Below are positions 9,085 through 18,918 of a DNA stretch of 64,000 nt, one piece after another. Origin of the DNA: Nitrospirales bacterium (lineage in GTDB: Bacteria; Nitrospirota; Nitrospiria; Nitrospirales; UBA8639); contig CBDBCZ010000019.1 of the NCBI GenBank assembly GCA_965203295.1, positions 1,280,001-1,344,000 of the forward strand, in the 5' to 3' direction. The position numbers and the translations under genes were made by a program. The notes below the pieces were generated by a model that saw only the letters and a list, made by a program, of their open reading frames with translations, had not been told where the DNA came from and searched no databases. Each line of letters opens with the position of its first letter. The first letter of the stretch is position 1.

Positions 9085-10041
9085 ATGCCTGGTGAATTAA
9101 AGATGGTTCAGCCCTCTAGTAGCGGTGACACGTGCACCTATATGTGGGCCTGTGCTATTTGTGATGAAAATGAAACCTGCCAAAAAGATAAAGAAGGGCA
9201 TAGCCGGTGGCTGGTGTCCAAACGGATGGAGCGGATTGATTACAAAGTCCTCGTCATGAGCAACAAGGGTGGTGTGGGAAAAAGTACGATGACTACGAAT
9301 CTCGCGATTAGTTTGGCGCTCAAAGGGTATGAAGTCGGGGTGTGTGATTTGGATATTCACGGCCCGAATATTCCGAAAATGGTAGGGGCTGAGGGCCAAA
9401 AGCTGAAAATCAGCACAGGCGGCGGCATTATTCCTCACTTCGCCTACAATTTGAAAATTGCCTCTATGTCTTTTCTCCTCCAAAATTCTGATGATCCCAT
9501 CATTTGGCGGGATGCCTATAAGTATGAATTTATCAATCAATTACTCGGCGGCGTGGAATGGCAAGATTTAAATTTTCTTCTTATTGACCTCCCTCCGGGA
9601 ACTGGCAATGAATCAGTGACCACGATAGATTTAATTGGGGAAGTCACAGGATGCGTGATCGTGTCTACCCCGCAGGAAGTGGCGCTATTGGATGCAAGAA
9701 AGTCCGTCAATTTTGCGAAAGATAGTGAGATTCCCATTATTGGAATTGTCGAAAATATGAGCGGGTTGGAATGCCCGCATTGCCATCAACATATAGAAGT
9801 GTTTCGCAAGGGTGGTGGGGAAGCTTCAGCGGTCGATATGAATGTCCCTTTCTTAGGACGGATTCCCATGGATCCTGAAGTGGTGATGCAATCTGACTTT
9901 GGCGAACCTTATGCCCTCTTTCATTCGGATTTACCAACGGCTGATGCGTTTCATTCTGTTGCCAATAAGGTGGATTATTTCTGCAAGCGAAAAGGATCCT
10001 TGGTTCAGGCCTCCTCAAAAAGTCCATTTAAGAATAAGTAA
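9085..10041 (+). CDS. mrp: Mrp/ApbC/NBP35-family Fe-S cluster carrier ATPase
   Basis: KGGVGKST deviant Walker A, DLDIHGP, DLPPGTG, ENMS..CPHC; extra N-terminal Cys cluster. Confidence 0.92.
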   Translation: MPGELKMVQPSSSGDTCTYMWACAICDENETCQKDKEGHSRWLVSKRMERIDYKVLVMSNKGGVGKSTMTTNLAISLALKGYEVGVCDLDIHGPNIPKMVGAEGQKLKISTGGGIIPHFAYNLKIASMSFLLQNSDDPIIWRDAYKYEFINQLLGGVEWQDLNFLLIDLPPGTGNESVTTIDLIGEVTGCVIVSTPQEVALLDARKSVNFAKDSEIPIIGIVENMSGLECPHCHQHIEVFRKGGGEASAVDMNVPFLGRIPMDPEVVMQSDFGEPYALFHSDLPTADAFHSVANKVDYFCKRKGSLVQASSKSPFKNK

Positions 10042-10105
10042 GAGACAATGGGACTGATGAAGGGTTACTAACAAAACGTGGACGTAGGCAAGTTTTGAGG
10101 TTGGA

Positions 10106-11332
10106 ATGAATGGATTAACACGATTAAAAGACGCGCAGGAAACTGTTCTTGACGCTTCTCGCCCTTTGGGTTGTGAGAAGGTTGGTCTTATGGAAGCGTT
10201 TGGTCGAGTGTTAGGTGAGGATATTATCGCTCCTCGTGATAACCCTCCCTGGAATAACTCCGCAATGGATGGGTACGCGGTGAGATGGGAAGATATTAAG
10301 CAAGATTATGAAATTGCTAAGCCCGCTGAGCTCAAAATCATTGAGGACGTTCCTGCCGGAAAAGTCGCCACGAAAACATTGGGACCGGGAGAGGCGATTC
10401 GGATTATGACTGGGGCTCCTGTCCCTCGTGGGGCCGATACGGTCGTTCGGGTGGAGTTTACTGAATCGACTTCGGATACTGTCAGGATTTTTAAACCTGA
10501 ACCCCAGGGCTTCAATATTCGGCCAAAGGGGGAAGATGTGAAGGAAGGCGCCACGATCATTGCGAAGGGTATTCAGCTGCGTCCGGCTGAAATTGGCATG
10601 TTGGCGATACTGGCAAAGTCTTTTGTGTTGGTCCATCAGCGGCCGAAAGTCGCGATTCTTTCTACTGGCGATGAGTTAGCTGATTTGGATGAGCGGTTTG
10701 ATGAAAACAAGATTGTCAATTCCAATAGCTATGGTCTTGCCGCTGCTGTGGAAGAGGCCGGTGGTATTCCAGTCCTGTTAGGGATCGCGAAGGATACCCC
10801 CGATTCTTTGAAAGATAAAATCTCCCATGGGTTGGGGTGCGATATTCTTGTCCTGTCAGGCGGCGTCTCAATGGGGGATTATGATTTTACGAAAGCGGTC
10901 TTCGCTGAGCTAGGAGCCGAAATGCATTTCTGGAAACTCGCGATTCGACCTGGACAGCCTGTGGCGTTTGGGAAGATTCAGGGAACGTTGGCCTTCGGGC
11001 TCCCAGGTAATCCTGTATCGTCTATGATGACGTTTGAACAATTGGTAAGATTGGCTGTCATGAAAATGTGTGGACACCGAAAATTGGAACGCCCAACGGT
11101 TCAAGCGGTGTTCCAAGAAGCATTTTCCAAACAGCCTGATCGCCGTCACTTCCTGCGTGGAATCGTGAGACAGGAAAATGGAGCCTTAATTGTCAAAACC
11201 ACGGGAAGTCAAGGATCGGGCATTTTGACGTCTATGGTCAAAGCCAATGGGTTGATTAATATCCCCGAGGAAGTCGAACAGCTCAATCCTGGTGATCAAG
11301 TTTCTGTGCAGGTGTTGAGCCGAGATTTTTAA
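10106..11332 (+). CDS. moeA: Molybdopterin molybdotransferase MoeA
   Basis: NSAMDGYA, IMTGAPVP, STGDEL, SGGVSMGDYD, GLPGNPVS, QGSG. Confidence 0.95.
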   Translation: MNGLTRLKDAQETVLDASRPLGCEKVGLMEAFGRVLGEDIIAPRDNPPWNNSAMDGYAVRWEDIKQDYEIAKPAELKIIEDVPAGKVATKTLGPGEAIRIMTGAPVPRGADTVVRVEFTESTSDTVRIFKPEPQGFNIRPKGEDVKEGATIIAKGIQLRPAEIGMLAILAKSFVLVHQRPKVAILSTGDELADLDERFDENKIVNSNSYGLAAAVEEAGGIPVLLGIAKDTPDSLKDKISHGLGCDILVLSGGVSMGDYDFTKAVFAELGAEMHFWKLAIRPGQPVAFGKIQGTLAFGLPGNPVSSMMTFEQLVRLAVMKMCGHRKLERPTVQAVFQEAFSKQPDRRHFLRGIVRQENGALIVKTTGSQGSGILTSMVKANGLINIPEEVEQLNPGDQVSVQVLSRDF

Positions 11333-11426
11333 GGGACATTCCAATCATTTCATTTCATTCATTCACCATTCGTATTCCAATCGTCCCCTATCAATCGTTC
11401 ATCTTTATCAGAAAGTGAATGGCATC

Positions 11427-11930
11427 ATGGCACCCCCTATCTTAAGTTTCATCGGTCGCTCGAACAGTGGGAAAACCACCTTGATTGAACGGCTGATTCC
11501 AGAACTCGTTTGTGCAGGATATCGGGTTGCCACCGTCAAGCATGCCGGGCATGGTTTTGAGTTGGATACTGAAGGAAAGGATAGTTGGCGACATAAACAG
11601 GCCGGAGCCAGCACCGTTGTGGTGATTTCAAAGGGCAGCATGGCGATGTTTGCTGACGTGCCCGAGGAATTGAAAGTTGAAGAAGTACGCGATCGCTTCC
11701 TAGACAGCCAATTTGATTTAGTGATTGCTGAAGGATGGAAAAGCGAAGGGTATCCCAAGATCGTCGTCGTCCGTGAACAGTTGGAAGAAATTCCTGGTCC
11801 ACTTGATAACCTCCTCGCCATTGTATCGATGAAGCCCATACAATCAGAAATTCCGTGTTTGGATCGGGATAATATTCAAGGTTTGGCTGAATTAATCACT
11901 CGCCATTTTCCCAAAACCTCTTCAGTATGA
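11427..11930 (+). CDS. mobB: Molybdopterin-guanine dinucleotide biosynthesis adapter MobB
   Basis: GRSNSGKTT, VKHAGH, GKDSWRH..AGA, EGWK. Confidence 0.92.
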   Translation: MAPPILSFIGRSNSGKTTLIERLIPELVCAGYRVATVKHAGHGFELDTEGKDSWRHKQAGASTVVVISKGSMAMFADVPEELKVEEVRDRFLDSQFDLVIAEGWKSEGYPKIVVVREQLEEIPGPLDNLLAIVSMKPIQSEIPCLDRDNIQGLAELITRHFPKTSSV

Positions 11931-12634
11931 CCTCCACACGCAAAGCCGTGACCGTGATGGCTTTGTCGGCCCTGGCACTCGCGATTGCTGGCTCCATTGC
12001 GATTCCCCTGACCAGTCACCCAGATTTCTGCGCCATTTGCCATACGATTCGTCCTTCTGTCGAGAGTTGGTCAATGTCCTCTCATAAAGATGTAGGATGC
12101 GTGGAATGCCACGTCAGACCTGGCATTTCCGGTTTTTTACATGATAAAGTTCGAGCCGGGATTAAAGACGTAGTCATCACCTTTTTTGGAAATCCGACTG
12201 AACCCCATAACTTACAGGCAGAAGTAGACACACAAGTCTGTTTAGGCTGTCATCGAGCTATTTTGAGAGTATCCGAGGTTTCTGAGCGAGATTTGCCTGA
12301 ACCCGTGAAATCTGTTGGGTTAATCATGAGTCACCGGCATCATATGGAGGCGTTTGATAAACGAGGCAAAGGGGAGGGGTGTACGACTTGTCATGCGCGC
12401 GTGGTTCACGGGAAACCTGTCAAGGCCTATCCCATTGTGATTCCCAGGGGGCACGTGAAACTCGATATGGAACCTCATTACCCAGACCATCACGAAGGGT
12501 CTAAGTTATGGGCGTCGGCTTTGGCTGATTGTCTCCGGTGCCATGATGGGGAAGCCTCATACGAAGGAAAAGTTCTCAGCAAAAAATGTGAAACGTGCCA
12601 CCTCCCTGATAAAATTGAAGACTTTTTGTTTTAG
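11927..12634 (+). CDS. Membrane-anchored multiheme c-type cytochrome (NapC/NirT-like N-terminus, 6 CxxCH)
   Basis: N-terminal TM helix, then CAICH, CVECH, CLGCH, CTTCH, CLRCH, CETCH; ATGA overlap with mobB. Confidence 0.88.
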   Translation: MTSTRKAVTVMALSALALAIAGSIAIPLTSHPDFCAICHTIRPSVESWSMSSHKDVGCVECHVRPGISGFLHDKVRAGIKDVVITFFGNPTEPHNLQAEVDTQVCLGCHRAILRVSEVSERDLPEPVKSVGLIMSHRHHMEAFDKRGKGEGCTTCHARVVHGKPVKAYPIVIPRGHVKLDMEPHYPDHHEGSKLWASALADCLRCHDGEASYEGKVLSKKCETCHLPDKIEDFLF

Positions 12635-12651
12635 ACTCTGTTCATTCTTTC

Positions 12652-13380
12652 ATGGCCCATCCTGTTGTCCACGTTAAAAATCTGACAAAGCGGTTTGGTG
12701 ATTTTACCGCGGTCAATGACATCTCCTTCGAAATCAAAGAGGGAGAAATTCTTGGGTTGTTAGGACCCAATGGGGCTGGCAAAACTACCACCATTCATAT
12801 GCTCTTGGATTTGATCACCCCGACAAGCGGATCCATTCATATATTTGGGCTCGATCTGAAGACACATCGCGAGATGATTCTGAAACAAGTCAACTTTTCA
12901 TCGACGTATATTTCAATGCCCTTTTCACTGACAGCAGAAGAAAACCTTCGAATCATGGCTAAGTTATACGGTGTTTCGAATATTGATAGACGGATTGATG
13001 ATGTGGTGAAGAAACTCGAAATGGAAGACTTTCGATCCAAACTGACGAGAAAACTTTCAACAGGCCAAATGACACGGTTGACGCTCGCGAAAGCTGTGAT
13101 GACTGAACCCAAAGTGCTGTTTTTAGATGAACCAACGGCTAGCTTAGATCCGGATATTGCCGATAAAATCAAATCGTTTTTAAAAGAATACCGCAAAACA
13201 GCTGGCCTCAGCGTGCTGTATACCTCGCATAATATGCATGAAATGGAAGAGATGTCTGATCGGATTATTTTCCTTCAACGGGGAAGTATCGTGGCTGAGG
13301 GGACTTCAAAGGAAATCGTCGAGCGATTTGGCAAGCGAGATTTAGAAGAAGTCTTTTTGAAGCTAGCTCGACAGGGTTAG
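12652..13380 (+). CDS. ABC transporter ATP-binding protein
   Basis: GPNGAGKTT, LSTGQ, FLDEPT, SH switch. Confidence 0.93.
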   Translation: MAHPVVHVKNLTKRFGDFTAVNDISFEIKEGEILGLLGPNGAGKTTTIHMLLDLITPTSGSIHIFGLDLKTHREMILKQVNFSSTYISMPFSLTAEENLRIMAKLYGVSNIDRRIDDVVKKLEMEDFRSKLTRKLSTGQMTRLTLAKAVMTEPKVLFLDEPTASLDPDIADKIKSFLKEYRKTAGLSVLYTSHNMHEMEEMSDRIIFLQRGSIVAEGTSKEIVERFGKRDLEEVFLKLARQG

Positions 13381-13507
13381 GAAGTGGGGGAGGGAATACG
13401 CCAAATGCAGATTCTCCATCGTTGTAAAGATTTGGATTTGATCTTTCAGACAGTGTCTGGTGAAGTTCCGAAAAGCTAGAGGGATGTGGCTCGTGGATTC
13501 TTACCCT

Positions 13508-13584
13508 GTCATCCCCGCAATTTTTTATCGGGGATCCATATTTCATGATCATCCTGGATGCTCCCTGACGACTGCGGGCATGAC
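13508..13584. repeat. REP/dRS3-like palindromic element between ABC ATPase and permease
   Basis: Ends GTCATCCCCGCA / TGCGGGCATGAC are inverted repeats (1 mismatch); internal ATCCCCG..CGGGGAT hairpin. Confidence 0.7.
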
Positions 13585-13687
13585 CGTGTCGCAGGAATTC
13601 TCAACTTCCTCTGACCGTGTCCGTTAACTGAAATTCAAGTTTTTACAATATTAGTCTTCACTATCGAAATGGAAGGTCGTCTCCGCG

Positions 13688-14479
13688 ATGAGCTTAGAAA
13701 GAATTGCAGCACTTCTCACTCGGCATCTGTACTTATATAAGAGAAGTTTTGCCAGAATGTTGGAAATTTTCTATTGGCCGTTTTTGGATCTCGTGGTATG
13801 GGGATTTATCACGGTGTATTTGGCACAGCATGAGACCAAATTGCATGGTGCTGTGGCCTTTTTTTTAGGTGCCCTTATTCTGTGGGATGTGCTTTTCCGG
13901 GCACAGCAAGGGATTGCGCTTTCCTTTCTTGAAGAAATGTGGGCGAGAAACTTAATGAACCTATTTGCCAGTCCCCTCACTGTAGCAGAGTACCTGGTCG
14001 CCACCATGGTGATCAGTGTCATGAAAGTGGGGTCAGTTTTACTGGTGATGGTGAGCCTGGCCTACGTGTTTTATTCGTATGATATTTTCCGAATGGGGAT
14101 GTACCTGATTCCTTTTATATTCAATCTGATTTTATCTGGTTGGATTATCGGAGTCTTAACCACCTCCATCATCATGCGGTTCGGTCAGCAAGCCGAAGTG
14201 TTGGCTTGGGGAATGGTGTTTTTATTCCAACCCCTATCCTGTGTGTTTTATCCTATGGAAGTCCTGCCTTCGGTACTCCAGAGCCTGGCATGGTGTATTC
14301 CACCTGCCCATATTTTTGAAGGAATGCGGCTTGTGCTTCTTGATGGAACACTCCCGATTACTCATCTGATGTGGGCTTTTGCCTTAAATGCAGGATTTCT
14401 CATCATCGTCGTCACTTGGTTTTATCATACATTCACCGTTTGCAAAGATCGGGGACTCTTGGTGCGAGTCGGTGAATAA
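13688..14479 (+). CDS. ABC-2 type transporter permease
   Basis: About 6 TM helices; EEMW.RNL.NLF.SP and FYP...LP motifs; follows the ABC ATPase. Confidence 0.88.
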   Translation: MSLERIAALLTRHLYLYKRSFARMLEIFYWPFLDLVVWGFITVYLAQHETKLHGAVAFFLGALILWDVLFRAQQGIALSFLEEMWARNLMNLFASPLTVAEYLVATMVISVMKVGSVLLVMVSLAYVFYSYDIFRMGMYLIPFIFNLILSGWIIGVLTTSIIMRFGQQAEVLAWGMVFLFQPLSCVFYPMEVLPSVLQSLAWCIPPAHIFEGMRLVLLDGTLPITHLMWAFALNAGFLIIVVTWFYHTFTVCKDRGLLVRVGE

Positions 14480-14492
14480 GCTGATAAGACTA

Positions 14493-15953
14493 CTATGCGA
14501 TACTGTTTTTTAAGCGTTCCAGCCGTTCAGCGTGAAGGATTATCCAAATCCCCTTTTCGCGCGTAATCGTCACTGCGCCTGCCTTTTGTCCTTTAGCCTT
14601 TCGAACGTACCGTTTCAACGTGTAAATCACCTCCCCCTTCCCGCTTTTTCGTAAATCACTGTACTGCAGAGCTAAAGTCGCTGCATCGCGAAGTGTTTCC
14701 GGTGGCGGAGTGACCCTCTTTTCCAGACTCACAACGACATGCGACCCTGGTGTCCCACGAGCATGGAGCCATAAGTCATGATCCTTCGCAACACCAAATG
14801 TCAGTTCTTCGTTGTGGCGTGCTGTCTTCCCAAGCAAGATAGGGAACCCATCGACAGAGAGAAAGCGGCGAAATGGTCCAGAAGGGGAAGAGAGTTTCGG
14901 GGATCCTGGTTGTTGAGACGGGGTCGCTCGCTGTGGAGATAGAGGGCTGGGTAGCAATTGCGCTAATTCACCCTTCTCGGCTAAATGAAGCGTTTCCTTC
15001 AGTTTCTGCAATTCTTGTTGACTCTGTTCCAAACGTGGACGCAACTCCTTTTCGGCACCAACAAATTTTCGGTATTTTCCAAAATAGTCTTCCATATTTG
15101 CCCTTGGACCTTTCGAAGGATCGAGGGGAATAAGCAATTCAGGAAGCTTCGGATCAAAATAATCTGCCACGGTGATATCCTTTTGACCAGGCTTCATAGC
15201 CGTGATCTGGCTTTTCAACAGCTCCCCATATCGTTTGTATTCTCGATACCGACCGATCTTTTCCAGATCAGAAGAATAGGCATCAATGCGGCGCTGGGTC
15301 TTTTTGATTGTCTTCCGGATGGCCGTGATTTGAGTCTGGAAAGCTTGTGCTTGATCCAACTCCTCTTTTTTTTGGCTATAACGTTTTTCAAGAGCCAAAG
15401 ATAGGGGAAAAGGCCGCGTTGGATCGTTCTTTTCAGGAGAATCATGAGATTCCCCAGCTTCTTTGGTATCGTGAGTCTTGAGGGAGGCAGCAGGCTTTTC
15501 TGGAGGAACATAAGGTTGGCCAATCTTGGCCAGTGGTGGCTTAAGACTCCCTAACACTGTTCGATTGTGATCTATCAGTACGATATTCGAATTGCGACCA
15601 ATGAGCGCGGCGATGAGGAAATAGTCTTTATTGGCAGAATTCAGGTTGAGCGTCACAATTCGATCGCCCGGGGTTTGATCAACGCCACTGATTTTAGACC
15701 CCTGAATGTGACGGCGAAGAAGGGCACAAAAAGAGGGTGGGGTCTTGGGATTGGATAACCGGTCTTGTATAAAGTGAAGCCTGGCCGTTTGTGAATCAGC
15801 GCAAAGTAAAAGGGTATGAGATTGAGCAGGTTTTCGAATCTCTAAGGTGATAGAGTGTGGAGAGGGCTGGTGGATTTTTTGAATCAAGGCTCCACCTAAG
15901 GCTTCACCAATTTCCTGAACAATAGCGGAGAGTTCTTTCAAGGAAAGAGCCAC
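14493..15953 (-). CDS. rqcH: Ribosome quality control NFACT protein RqcH/Rqc2 (FbpA family)
   Basis: IQKIHQP, F..LLRRHI.G, DRI, GRNSNI, coiled coil, GK...NEELT, WLHARGTPGSHV. Confidence 0.88.
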   Translation of the reverse strand: MALSLKELSAIVQEIGEALGGALIQKIHQPSPHSITLEIRKPAQSHTLLLCADSQTARLHFIQDRLSNPKTPPSFCALLRRHIQGSKISGVDQTPGDRIVTLNLNSANKDYFLIAALIGRNSNIVLIDHNRTVLGSLKPPLAKIGQPYVPPEKPAASLKTHDTKEAGESHDSPEKNDPTRPFPLSLALEKRYSQKKEELDQAQAFQTQITAIRKTIKKTQRRIDAYSSDLEKIGRYREYKRYGELLKSQITAMKPGQKDITVADYFDPKLPELLIPLDPSKGPRANMEDYFGKYRKFVGAEKELRPRLEQSQQELQKLKETLHLAEKGELAQLLPSPLSPQRATPSQQPGSPKLSSPSGPFRRFLSVDGFPILLGKTARHNEELTFGVAKDHDLWLHARGTPGSHVVVSLEKRVTPPPETLRDAATLALQYSDLRKSGKGEVIYTLKRYVRKAKGQKAGAVTITREKGIWIILHAERLERLKNSIA

Positions 15954-16061
15954 AATGACCTCAAGATTAAGAAGCTGTAAATTCTTAAGAGTGTGGAGGG
16001 TACAGGCAATTCAGGACTATGCAAAAAAATAGAAACAAAGAAGGAAGGTGAGTCTGACCGG

Positions 16062-16892
16062 TTAGCCAACAGAGATGTTTGCCCTAGACTTGTTGGACAG
16101 AATGGCTTCTTTCAGGTCTTTCGTAAAATGCTCAATTCGATTCAGGAAGGTGGGATCATGTTGTTGTTCTCCAATGATTCTCACGAGAGCACTTCCGACG
16201 ATGATGCCATCCGCGAATTCGGCAATGTGCTTGGCATCGTCTGGAGTCGCAATGCCAAAGCCTACAGCAACCGGCCTTTTGGCCTTTCGTTGAATCGATT
16301 CCACATTGGCTCGAACGTTGCTCAAGTCCACTAACTTGGCTCCAGTAGTACCTGTCAGAGATACATAGTAAATGAATCCGCGTGTTCTTCGAATGACATC
16401 GGCCTTGCGGGTTGGAGTACTGGTGGGAGCTAAGAGAAAGATGAGACAAGGACCATGGGCCTCCGAAGCTTTCCATAGGGTTTCGGCTTCTTCTGGCGGC
16501 ATGTCTGGAACGATGACTCCATCAACACCGGCTTCTACGGCTTCGCGACAGAATGCGACTTCTCCCATAGCCATGATTGTATTGTAATAGGTCATGAGAA
16601 TGAGGGGAATTTTCGTTTTTTCACGAAGGTTCTTCACTGTAGAGAGAATGTTTTGCAGGGAAGTTCCTGAACGAAGGGCCCGTTCCGCAGCCTTTTGAAT
16701 GACAGGGCCATCTGCAATGGGATCAGAAAAGGGCACCCCCAATTCAATCATGTCGGCTCCAGCACGTTCCAGCGTCAGAACCAGTTCCTCGGTTTCTGTT
16801 AATGACGGATCTCCAGCCATGATATAAGGGATAAGGGCTTTTTGGCCCTTACGCTGAAGATGTTCAAACGTTGAAGAGATACGACTCGTCAT
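16062..16892 (-). CDS. trpA: Tryptophan synthase alpha chain
   Basis: ELGVPFSDPIADGPVIQ, GFIYYVS, VGFGI, DGIIVGSA. Confidence 0.97.
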   Translation of the reverse strand: MTSRISSTFEHLQRKGQKALIPYIMAGDPSLTETEELVLTLERAGADMIELGVPFSDPIADGPVIQKAAERALRSGTSLQNILSTVKNLREKTKIPLILMTYYNTIMAMGEVAFCREAVEAGVDGVIVPDMPPEEAETLWKASEAHGPCLIFLLAPTSTPTRKADVIRRTRGFIYYVSLTGTTGAKLVDLSNVRANVESIQRKAKRPVAVGFGIATPDDAKHIAEFADGIIVGSALVRIIGEQQHDPTFLNRIEHFTKDLKEAILSNKSRANISVG

Positions 16893-16906
16893 GATGGAAC
16901 GAATCC

Positions 16907-18100
16907 TTAGAGAGAAGTGCCGCGCATCCTAGCAATCTGTTGAACGTCTTTGTCCCCACGACCTGAAAGATTGATGAGAAGAATCTGATTCTTTTTCATC
17001 GTAGGAGCCAGCTTGATCGCCCCGGCTATTGCATGAGCACTCTCGAGCGCTGGAATAATGCCTTCTTCCTGAGAAAGGAGGTCAAAGGCCGCGAGAGCCT
17101 CGTCATCTGTGGCGGAGGTATAGCGGATACGACCGGAGTCATGGTGCATACTATGTTCGGGACCCACGGCTGCGTAGTCGAGCCCCGCAGAGACTGAATG
17201 AGTCAGATTGACCTGCCCATGTTCGTCTTGAAGAAGATACGTCATGGTCCCATGGAGCACACCGGGACTACCGCCGGCAAATCGTGCCGCATGTTTACCG
17301 CTCGTCAACCCGAGTCCTCCTGCTTCCACTCCAACCATGTGTACCGTGCGGTCCCTCAGAAATGGGAAGAACAACCCGATGCTGTTGCTCCCACCTCCGA
17401 CACAGGCCAAAAGACAATGAGGTAAATGCCCTTCAGCAACAAGAATTTGTTTCCGAGCTTCCCGGCCAATGACTGACTGAAAGTCACGAATCATCATGGG
17501 ATAAGGATGAGCGCCTAAAACCGATCCAAGCAGATAATGGGTCGTGCGGACATTGGTCGTCCAATCCCGCATCGCTTCACTGATGGCATCCTTTAAGGTT
17601 CGACTTCCTGCGTCCACACCAGTGACTTTCGAACCGAGCAACTGCATTCGAAAGACATTAAGAGCCTGCCGCTCCATGTCTTCGGTCCCCATATAGATTT
17701 CGGCTTGGAGTCCAAACATTGCAGCAACCGTGGCGACGGCAACGCCATGCTGGCCTGCACCCGTCTCAGCGATTACTCGGTGTTTCTTCATACGACGGGT
17801 AAGAAGGGCTTGACCAATGGTATTGTTAATTTTATGTGCGCCAGTGTGGCAGAGGTCTTCACGCTTTAAGTAGATTTTGGCCCCACCCAAGGTTTTCGTG
17901 AGACGTTTGGCAAAGTAGAGAGGCGTAGGCCGTCCCACGTATTGCTTGAGGCAAGCGGTGAATTCAGCTTGGAATTTCGTGTCTCGACGAGCAGCGAAAT
18001 AGGCTTGTTCCAGCTCTAAAATGGCTGGCATGAGGGTTTCTGGTACATAGAACCCCCCGTACTTTCCAAACCGACCTCGCTTATCTGGAACAACGGCCAT
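16907..18100 (-). CDS. trpB: Tryptophan synthase beta chain
   Basis: [40 protein letters not shown]. Confidence 0.98.
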   Translation of the reverse strand: MAVVPDKRGRFGKYGGFYVPETLMPAILELEQAYFAARRDTKFQAEFTACLKQYVGRPTPLYFAKRLTKTLGGAKIYLKREDLCHTGAHKINNTIGQALLTRRMKKHRVIAETGAGQHGVAVATVAAMFGLQAEIYMGTEDMERQALNVFRMQLLGSKVTGVDAGSRTLKDAISEAMRDWTTNVRTTHYLLGSVLGAHPYPMMIRDFQSVIGREARKQILVAEGHLPHCLLACVGGGSNSIGLFFPFLRDRTVHMVGVEAGGLGLTSGKHAARFAGGSPGVLHGTMTYLLQDEHGQVNLTHSVSAGLDYAAVGPEHSMHHDSGRIRYTSATDDEALAAFDLLSQEEGIIPALESAHAIAGAIKLAPTMKKNQILLINLSGRGDKDVQQIARMRGTSL

Positions 18101-18195
18101 TTGTTATGACACCTTCTGGTTTAAATCTTCAGGGACAGAAAAACGATCATGAAGGAATGACATGCAGCTGTGCGCGAGTATAGCGAGAGGGAAGC

Positions 18196-18843
18196 TTAAG
18201 AGACAAGTTTTGCGGCCTTAATAAACGTTTGAATCTTGTCAGGATCCTTTTTCCCTGGTTGCGATTCAATTCCACTACTCACATCAACTCCGTAAGGCTG
18301 AACCTTTTGAATGGCTTCTTGCACGTTTTCTGGGGTTAAGCCGCCTGCTAAAAGCGTAGTGGCGGCTTGAGCGGCTTCAGATGCCAACTGCCAATCCACG
18401 ACTTGGCCTGTCCCTCCGTAGGCCGACTCAGAAAAGGCATCGATCACAAAACCACGGACGCCAGCGTGTCCCTTATATTCTGCGAGAGCGAGAAACGAGG
18501 CGCGATCTCGCAATCGAATAGCACGCAACACTGGCCGGCCTAAGGCCTCGCAATAGTCAGGAGTCTCGTCTCCATGGAGTTGAGCGATGGCGATCCCGCA
18601 ATGATCGATAATTTGTCTGACTGCAGAAGTTTCTTCATTGACGAACACACCAACAGGGAGAATGAACGGTGGAAGCTGACCGACAATGTGTTGAACAGTT
18701 CGAGGATCGACATATCGTGGGCTTTTCCGAAAAAATACAAACCCGAGAGCATCGGCACCGTTTTGTACAGCGACCATGGCATCCTCAAGCGTGGTGATCC
18801 CGCAAATCTTTACTTTTGGGTGTTGGAGGTAAGAAGGATTCAT
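18196..18843 (-). CDS. trpF: Phosphoribosylanthranilate isomerase
   Basis: VKICGIT, QLHGDE, GGTG, LAGGL, VDVSSGIE. Confidence 0.96.
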   Translation of the reverse strand: MNPSYLQHPKVKICGITTLEDAMVAVQNGADALGFVFFRKSPRYVDPRTVQHIVGQLPPFILPVGVFVNEETSAVRQIIDHCGIAIAQLHGDETPDYCEALGRPVLRAIRLRDRASFLALAEYKGHAGVRGFVIDAFSESAYGGTGQVVDWQLASEAAQAATTLLAGGLTPENVQEAIQKVQPYGVDVSSGIESQPGKKDPDKIQTFIKAAKLVS

Positions 18844-18918
18844 GTGTTAAGTGACATATTTCTCATCAACAAAAGCTGATCAGTAAAAAAACAGTATAGA
18901 GGAAAGTTGAGGGAGGGT

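Noticed and set aside
13508..13584. This palindrome and the 61055-61259 element as REP substrates of the RAYT at 31583
   Set aside because: Neither shares sequence with the RAYT-flanking IR (GGGTCAACACT) and both are distant; there is no evidence of a link.
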